Below are positions 5,117 through 10,098 of a DNA stretch of 10,098 nt, in pieces; position 1 is the stretch's first letter, and each line of letters begins with the position of its first letter. Made by a program: the position numbers and the translations under genes. This DNA is from Candidatus Woesearchaeota archaeon (lineage in GTDB: Archaea; Nanobdellota; Nanobdellia; Nanobdellales; CAZNIQ01): the NCBI GenBank assembly GCA_964573185.1, contig CAZNIQ010000025.1:1-10098 (forward strand), written 5' to 3'. The notes beneath the pieces were generated by a model that saw nothing but the letters and a program-made list of their open reading frames with translations, was not told the origin of the DNA and searched no databases.

Positions 5117-6169
5117 ATGGCGGCCGACCCCTTCCAACTTCTTTATTCCACAGTTAAACATTTGGAAAAGGAAATGAATGTTTCTTTAGATGAAGTAGCT
5201 GTCACCTATCCTCATTCAGAGATTTCGCGAGAATTTGTTAGAAGACTGCGTAGAAGATTCAAAATCAGAATAAAAGGAGAAGGAACTTTCCATACAACTG
5301 GAAGATTATTAGGATTGGCATTAACAGATGCAAATTTAAGATCTGCATTAAGTGGCTACTTTATAGTTGGAACGACCAGAATGGAAACATTTGAAATTTA
5401 TAAGAAACTTTTTAAAGACATAGTTCTTTTTACAGATTATCCTAGATATATAAATGGCAATCCATTATTACCTCTTTACATGTTGTCTAAAGACAAAACC
5501 TCTGTTAAAAAAGAAAGTATAAATAAGCTTAAAATGCTGCTAACGGACAATTTAGATATTTTTGAGGAAAAAGGGATCTTTGATTTTATAGCAAGCTGTG
5601 TAGATTTTGACGGAGAAGTACATGGCAGAACATTTGTTATTTATAGAAAAGAAAATAGCAGGAAGGGGCAAATATTATCTAAACTTTTCTTATTTTTTGA
5701 AGAAATTGGCATATTAAAAATCACAAATTATGGTTTAAATACATGGAAAGATAGAATATCATTCAAAGTTTCTGCAAAGTATATACGAAATATAATGTTA
5801 TTGCATCCTAATAAAAGGATTGCTTCAGATATTTCAATTCCAAGTATAGTTTTTACAAAAGAAGAACTAGAATGCCTTAGGAAATACCTAAAAGAGGTTA
5901 AATTAATTAAACAAAAGTATGCATACAAATATCTTCTATTATTTAATGATATAAAGGCGGCACAACTGTTAAAAGATAAAGGATTTAAAATAAGTATCTT
6001 TGGTAAAAATATTGCAAAATATTTTGGAGATAAAGCATTACTTCTAGCAATTTTAGATATTATCGGATTTAATATAAAGAACCTGATTCCTCCGTATAAA
6101 TATCCGAGTAGAATATACGAACTTTTGGATAAAGTTGAATATATAAAAAGCCATATAAAGGTTAAATGA
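5117..6169 (+). CDS. Intron-encoded two-motif LAGLIDADG homing endonuclease with a C-terminal extension of about 140 aa
   Basis: Motif 1 is RLLGLALTDANL (LLGLALTDA at 5306..5332). Motif 2 is FDFIASCVDFDGEV (IASCVDFDG at 5588..5614). They lie about 95 aa apart, as in single-chain LAGLIDADG enzymes. The start is set at ATG 5117, the first ATG inside the intron. The track start 5105 lies in the tRNA exon, and ATG 5174 is an alternative. Stop TGA is at 6167..6169, 10 nt before the clamp. Confidence 0.8.
   Translation: MAADPFQLLYSTVKHLEKEMNVSLDEVAVTYPHSEISREFVRRLRRRFKIRIKGEGTFHTTGRLLGLALTDANLRSALSGYFIVGTTRMETFEIYKKLFKDIVLFTDYPRYINGNPLLPLYMLSKDKTSVKKESINKLKMLLTDNLDIFEEKGIFDFIASCVDFDGEVHGRTFVIYRKENSRKGQILSKLFLFFEEIGILKITNYGLNTWKDRISFKVSAKYIRNIMLLHPNKRIASDISIPSIVFTKEELECLRKYLKEVKLIKQKYAYKYLLLFNDIKAAQLLKDKGFKISIFGKNIAKYFGDKALLLAILDIIGFNIKNLIPPYKYPSRIYELLDKVEYIKSHIKVK
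5119..5133 (+). repeat. 5' arm of a 15-bp perfect inverted repeat (GC clamp) closing the intron
   Basis: GGCGGCCGACCCCTT is the exact reverse complement of 6179..6193. Confidence 0.95.
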
Positions 6170-6178
6170 AAAAATGTA

Positions 6179-6193
6179 AAGGGGTCGGCCGCC
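6179..6193 (+). repeat. 3' arm of a 15-bp perfect inverted repeat (GC clamp) closing the intron
   Basis: AAGGGGTCGGCCGCC is the exact reverse complement of 5119..5133. Confidence 0.95.
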
Positions 6194-6239
6194 GGGCCCG
6201 AGTTTGGTCCCCGTGACCGGGGTTCGAATCCCCGCGGGG

Positions 6240-8495
6240 CTAGTAAACTTTAACTTCTATTTCAGTTCCCTTTCTATATAAATAATAGCTTTTTGCAGCA
6301 GCTTCTTTAAAAATTTCATCATGTGTACAAATAATTAATTGGAAATTCTCCAAAGATTTTAAAGTTTCTGCAAGTTTCCTTCTTATTCTTTCATCTAAAG
6401 ATTCTGTAGGCTCATCTAATAATAGAAAGCCTATATTTTTTGATAACAGATTTATTAATGCAAATCTAAAAGCCAAGTCTAAAGCTACTATTTGGCCTCC
6501 AGATAGGGACGCTTCTTCCAAAGGTAAAACAACATCCCTCTCACCAATTTTCTTCTTTACATATATTTTATAAACAAAATCTTTCCTTCCCCTTTCAACT
6601 CTTATCTCAACACTTTCAATATCATCATATATGTAAATCCTCTTAAACCAATAATTTAGATAAATAGTTAATCTTTTGGCAACTTCATCTCTTACCCTTA
6701 TCTTTATTTTTTGGAATACAGTAGCAAGCTTGCTTATTATATTTACAAATTTTTCTAACTCTTCGATGTACTTCTTAAGTTTTTCAACATATTCTTTCTT
6801 CTCTTTTAAGTATTTCAAGAATTTTATATCTATTTTAGGTAAGCTTTCCAGTTCATCTTCAACTTCCTTTATTTTCCTTTCTATTTCTTCTAATTCTATA
6901 CCATACCTCTTAACGATTTCTTTTAATTCCTCTAACTCTTTTATTTTTTCTTTCATCTTAAAGATCCTATATCTTTGAATTTCCAAATCTCTTAACTCTT
7001 TTTCTAATCTACTTTTAGTTTCTTCCAATTCTTTTACACTTCTCTCAATCTCTTTCTTCTTCAAATAACTTAAAGCAGAATATACTTTTTCATAGATCAA
7101 AATTTCGTTTAATTCTTTCTCAAAGTTTTCCTTTATTCTTTCTAATTCTTCTATTTTATCAGTACCAAATTCCTCTAAGGCAAAGTTTAAATAATATTTT
7201 CTTTTATTATAAATCTCTCTCTTCTCTTCTAACTCTTTTTCTAAATTTAAGATTTCTCTTTTTATTTGTAAATCTCTTTTTTTCAACTCTTCTAACTCTT
7301 TTACCTTTTCTTCTAATAATTTTTTTGGATTTTCAATTCTTGAACCACACACAGGACATTTCGGTTCCTTTACTTTTTCTAGTATCTCTATGAGTTTTTG
7401 AATATCCTTTATCTTAACATTTAATTCCCTCAACTCTTCTTTTTTCTTTTCTAATTTTTCTTCTAATTCTTTTATATCCTCTTCTTTTATATTCGGTAGC
7501 TCTTTCAAATTCTTTATAATTCTCTCTATTTGTTTTATTTTATTTAAAATTAAGGACTTTCTTGAGGTATCTACCTTTATTTTCTTTACCGTTTCCTCCA
7601 GCTCTTCTATTTTCTTATCTAAGAACTCTTTAAAATCATCCGTTAAAATATCATACTTTGCACTTTCTTCTTTCAATTCTAATATTATATTTTCAACTTC
7701 TCTTAACTCTTCTTTAATTTTACTATATTTTTCATTAATTTCTTTTTCTTTTTTCAACAACTCCTCATCGATTTCCCTCTTCAAATATTTATATCTTATA
7801 TTTATCCTTTCTAACTCTTTTAATTGTCTCTCCAATTCTTCCCTTCTTTTAGCTAATTCTTCTAGTTTTCCAATATCCTCTCCAAAGTACTTTTGTATAG
7901 AAGCGCTTTCTCTTGTATATTCGGATTTTGCTCTTAGTAATTCTTTTCTTAAATCCTCTAGAGCTTTGCTTAAGGTATCTGCAATCTCTGTAAATTTTTT
8001 CAAATCTAATAATTCTTCTAATTCTTCTGAAAAAGTTTTCTTTCCAGAGCCTAAAACCAAAGATCCTAAAGTTCTTTGTCTAATGAATATAACATTTACA
8101 GCCTTATCTAAATCTTTTACTTTGAGTAAATTTTCTAATACATATCTAGTTATAGTTTCATTTCCAGATGCAACCACTTTTCCATTTTTTCTTATAATAC
8201 CATTTCCAGAAGGAACTTCTCTTATAATTTCATATATATTTTCATTATCCTGTAAAACAACTGTAACTTTTCCTAGAGAACTTCCTCTTCTGACTAAATT
8301 TTCTTTTCTTCCACCTTTTTCGTAAGAAGTTAAAGCTTGAGAGCCAAATAAAGCATAAATTATACCTAATAATATAGATGTTTTACCGGTTCCGTTTTCG
8401 CCTAAAATCAAAGTAACTTTATCATCAAAATCTATTGCTAAGTTTTTATGAATTCTAAAATTTTCTAATACTACTTTTTTTAATTTAACTACCAT
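6240..8495 (-). CDS. rad50: DNA double-strand break repair ATPase Rad50
   Basis: Walker A GENGTGKTS is near the N-terminus. A long E/K-rich coiled coil carries a central zinc hook, KEPKCPVCGS (CPVC at 7358..7347, aa 380-383). The ABC signature SLSGGQ, Walker B LLLDEPT and H-loop ICTHD are at the C-terminus. The start overlaps the mre11 stop by 7 nt. Confidence 0.93.
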   Translation of the reverse strand: MVVKLKKVVLENFRIHKNLAIDFDDKVTLILGENGTGKTSILLGIIYALFGSQALTSYEKGGRKENLVRRGSSLGKVTVVLQDNENIYEIIREVPSGNGIIRKNGKVVASGNETITRYVLENLLKVKDLDKAVNVIFIRQRTLGSLVLGSGKKTFSEELEELLDLKKFTEIADTLSKALEDLRKELLRAKSEYTRESASIQKYFGEDIGKLEELAKRREELERQLKELERINIRYKYLKREIDEELLKKEKEINEKYSKIKEELREVENIILELKEESAKYDILTDDFKEFLDKKIEELEETVKKIKVDTSRKSLILNKIKQIERIIKNLKELPNIKEEDIKELEEKLEKKKEELRELNVKIKDIQKLIEILEKVKEPKCPVCGSRIENPKKLLEEKVKELEELKKRDLQIKREILNLEKELEEKREIYNKRKYYLNFALEEFGTDKIEELERIKENFEKELNEILIYEKVYSALSYLKKKEIERSVKELEETKSRLEKELRDLEIQRYRIFKMKEKIKELEELKEIVKRYGIELEEIERKIKEVEDELESLPKIDIKFLKYLKEKKEYVEKLKKYIEELEKFVNIISKLATVFQKIKIRVRDEVAKRLTIYLNYWFKRIYIYDDIESVEIRVERGRKDFVYKIYVKKKIGERDVVLPLEEASLSGGQIVALDLAFRFALINLLSKNIGFLLLDEPTESLDERIRRKLAETLKSLENFQLIICTHDEIFKEAAAKSYYLYRKGTEIEVKVY

Positions 8496-9682
8496 AGATC
8501 TAATAATGTTCTTTGCTTCAATGTTGCTGTTCCAAAGTATGGTTTCTTAACTTTATTATTTAACCATTCTCTTAGCCTCTCTGCTCCAAAGGTATCATAT
8601 ATCTCTAATATTTTATCTACAAGATCTTCTACCTCCTTTAAATTTTCTCTAAAATATTTTTTCAGTTCTTCTTTTATTAAACTATCTATTAGTGAATCGA
8701 AAGTTTCTATTGTACCAATATTATTAAACTTTATCTCTTTCTCCTTTTTCCTTGAAACATATTCTTCATATAGTATTAAAAAGCCTGCTGTCTTTAAATT
8801 AGCAATAGCATTTCTCAACAAATCTTTTATGTTATCATCTGTTAGAACCTTTAATTTTATCAAAACATCTTTCCCGTTCTCAATTATTTTTTCTATTATC
8901 CTATCAACTTCCTCTTTTTCAAAAACAACATTTTCATAAACTTTAATTTTCCTTACTTTTATTTTAACAAAATTCAGTTTTCCATTATTATAAAAGTAAA
9001 AACCTTTTTCAGCATTTTCTTCTCTTTTAGATATTTCTGTCCTTTCTGTAGAGCCCGGTAAAACATACAAGCTCCCCTCTTTTTCCAAAGGTTCTTGCTT
9101 AATATGAAAATGGCCAAAAGCGTAATAATCAAAACCTTGTGGTAAATCTGTAATAGAAATTACTCTTGGATCTGAATAATCGAAAAGCTCTTTAGGAACA
9201 GTATGTGAAATAAAAATAGAAAATTTATCGTTGTCCGGTGTTATTTTTTTGAATATGGCTTTATAATAAATTCTTAATTTTTCATCTCCAAGATCTTTCG
9301 GTTCAGAAACCCCATTAATGTAAACATTATCTAAAATAAAAGGTTCCTTGTTAACTTCAAAAATCAAACCTGAATGTTTTAGAATTTCAAAAGCTTTAAG
9401 TCTAGATCTTTTTATATCATGATTTCCTTTAATTGAAATAAAATAAATGTTGTTTGCTTTTAATTTTGCCAATTCCTTTACAACTTCTAGCAATAAATCT
9501 CCGGAAAGTTTGAACATCTCATCAAATAAATCTCCTGAATGAATTATAAAATCAACTTTTTTTTCTATTGCAAAATCTATTACTTGTTTAAAAGCGTTAA
9601 GAAAATCCTTTTCACGTATTTCATCGTACTCTATTGGAGTTTTACATCCTAAATGTGTATCAGAAACATGTATGAATTTCAT
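8489..9682 (-). CDS. mre11: DNA double-strand break repair nuclease Mre11
   Basis: Calcineurin-like phosphoesterase motifs occur in order: FIHVSDTHLG (I), HSGDLFD (II), KGNHD (III), FISHT (IV), AFGHFH (V). It lies directly upstream of rad50 and is translationally coupled to it. Confidence 0.92.
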   Translation of the reverse strand: MKFIHVSDTHLGCKTPIEYDEIREKDFLNAFKQVIDFAIEKKVDFIIHSGDLFDEMFKLSGDLLLEVVKELAKLKANNIYFISIKGNHDIKRSRLKAFEILKHSGLIFEVNKEPFILDNVYINGVSEPKDLGDEKLRIYYKAIFKKITPDNDKFSIFISHTVPKELFDYSDPRVISITDLPQGFDYYAFGHFHIKQEPLEKEGSLYVLPGSTERTEISKREENAEKGFYFYNNGKLNFVKIKVRKIKVYENVVFEKEEVDRIIEKIIENGKDVLIKLKVLTDDNIKDLLRNAIANLKTAGFLILYEEYVSRKKEKEIKFNNIGTIETFDSLIDSLIKEELKKYFRENLKEVEDLVDKILEIYDTFGAERLREWLNNKVKKPYFGTATLKQRTLLDLW

Positions 9683-10098
9683 GGATCTTCTAAGAATTCC
9701 CTTATTACTTTTAAAATGTTTTCTCTTGTTCTTGGAAAAGCTCTGAAAGTTATCTTAACATGAAAAACTTCCCCATGATCTACAAACATAAGCTTCCCAG
9801 TATTAACAAAATAATCTTTGTCAAATCTTAAATATAACCTTCCATTTTCATCAACAATTTTCTCTAGATCCCTTAAAATATCTTCTTTATTTTCTATTCT
9901 TTTTTTGATATTTTCTAACACTTTTTTAATTACTCTCCACTTATTTATTTTAACAGTGTAAGTTATTAGTTCAGATGACACTAAACCTTTTCCTTTAACC
10001 TCTTCAATATTTATTTTTTCTTTTTTCAGATCTATGCCCTCAAAAAATTTTAATAAAGCCTCCTTTATCTTTTCGGGATCATCCCAATCGTATACTAT
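9679..10098 (-). CDS. Hypothetical protein, probably 5'-truncated by the right window edge; translationally coupled to mre11
   Basis: The track ORF starts at GTG 9981, but my translation shows the same frame is open to base 10098 (IVYDWDDPEKIKEALLKFFEGIDLKKEKINIEEVKGKGL-VSSELITY...) with coding-like composition. Its stop overlaps the mre11 start in an ATGA (9679..9682). I see no recognisable family motif and no HerA or NurA signatures. Confidence 0.55.
   Translation of the reverse strand: MVYDWDDPEKIKEALLKFFEGIDLKKEKINIEEVKGKGLVSSELITYTVKINKWRVIKKVLENIKKRIENKEDILRDLEKIVDENGRLYLRFDKDYFVNTGKLMFVDHGEVFHVKITFRAFPRTRENILKVIREFLEDP

Larger units (their letters stand above)
5114..6202 (+). other. 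Archaeal-type (bulge-helix-bulge) tRNA intron, 1,089 nt, at position 32/33, carrying a homing-endonuclease ORF
   Basis: Hand-folded BHB. The central 4-bp helix is C5108-G6200, G5109-C6199, G5110-C6198, G5111-C6197. Bulge 1 is G5112 U5113 / A5114 and bulge 2 is A6201 G6202 / U6203. The inner helix is C5115-G6196 and C5116-G6195, followed by a 2x1 internal loop and then a 15-bp clamp. Cleavage after the second bulge nucleotide on both strands yields exactly the 7-nt anticodon loop UUUUGGU. Confidence 0.8.
5081..6242 (+). tRNA. tRNA-Gln (anticodon UUG) with a 1,089-nt intron; exons 5081..5113 and 6203..6242
   Basis: Exon 1 is AGCCCCG-UC-GUCU-AGCGGCCAA-GGAU-G-CGGGG-U. Exon 2 is UUUGGU-CCCCG-UGAC-CGGGG-UUCGAAU-CCCCG-CGGGGCU-A. 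Joined, they fold as a 73-nt cloverleaf. It has a 7-bp acceptor with A1-U72, a 4-bp D stem (two G-U pairs) and a GG-containing D loop. The 5-bp anticodon stem closes the loop U-U-UUG-G-U. There is a 4-nt variable region, a T arm with UUCGAAU loop and discriminator A73, and no encoded CCA. A1-U72 plus A73 is typical of archaeal tRNA-Gln. Confidence 0.88.

Noticed and set aside
5728-5928. Minus-strand 66-aa ORF inside the intron ORF
   Set aside because: Antisense shadow of the LAGLIDADG ORF in AT-rich sequence, with no supporting signal.
5111-6199. Cluster of 6-bp palindromes around the splice junctions (GGTACC, CCATGG, CGGCCG, GGGCCC) as possible restriction or cloning scars or protein-binding sites
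   Set aside because: They are fully explained by the GC-rich BHB helix and the clamp sequences. There is no vector-like context.
5114-6202. Possibility that the tRNA intervening sequence is a group I (self-splicing) intron, as in bacterial tRNA anticodon loops
   Set aside because: The ORF fills all but a few nt at the 5' end and about 33 nt at the 3' end of the element, leaving no room for a ribozyme core. The junctions instead form a clean BHB with symmetric 3-nt bulges, and the tRNA and its neighbours are archaeal in type.
5113-6208. Alternative junction pairing ACCA (5114..5117) with UGGU (6205..6208) extending the anticodon stem
   Set aside because: Using it as the central BHB helix gives only a 1-nt bulge on the 5' side. 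The predicted cuts would leave a 5-nt anticodon loop. The CGGG/CCCG helix gives two proper 3-nt bulges and a correct 7-nt loop.
6676-8325. Plus-strand ORFs 6676..6978 and 7966..8325, and the many short ttcttc/taattc-type near-repeats in this region
   Set aside because: They are antisense shadows of rad50. The repetitive look comes from the E/K/L-rich heptad coiled coil (GAA/AAA/TTA codons), not from a DNA repeat family or a CRISPR array. No regularly spaced identical repeats are present anywhere in the window.

Overview
Strongly AT-rich, very tightly packed archaeal-type window whose only GC-rich islands are stable RNAs. This suggests a thermophilic, genome-reduced archaeon, possibly Nanoarchaeota/DPANN-like, but that is inference only. 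Protein genes are: rtcB (minus strand, runs off the left edge, interrupted by a LAGLIDADG intein); a HemK/Mtq2-type methyltransferase fused to a divergent Bud32/RIO-like kinase-fold domain; an HExxH protein; tatD; a class-I glutamine-amidotransferase-like protein lacking the nucleophile Cys; an overlapping mre11-rad50 operon; and a coupled unknown ORF that runs off the right edge. The main discovery is a tRNA-Gln(UUG) gene (5081..6242) split by a 1,089-nt intron at non-canonical position 32/33. The intron has a clean bulge-helix-bulge splice motif and a 15-bp GC clamp, and it encodes a two-motif LAGLIDADG homing endonuclease. The second theme is four box C/D sRNA elements within 3.4 kb, found by hand from RUGAUGA/CUGA spacing. 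One is intergenic. One is antisense inside the inter-domain linker of the fusion protein. Two coincide with the first 16-17 codons of protein genes, with the C box supplying the ATG. All calls come from manual translation and motif recall; no database search or folding program was run.
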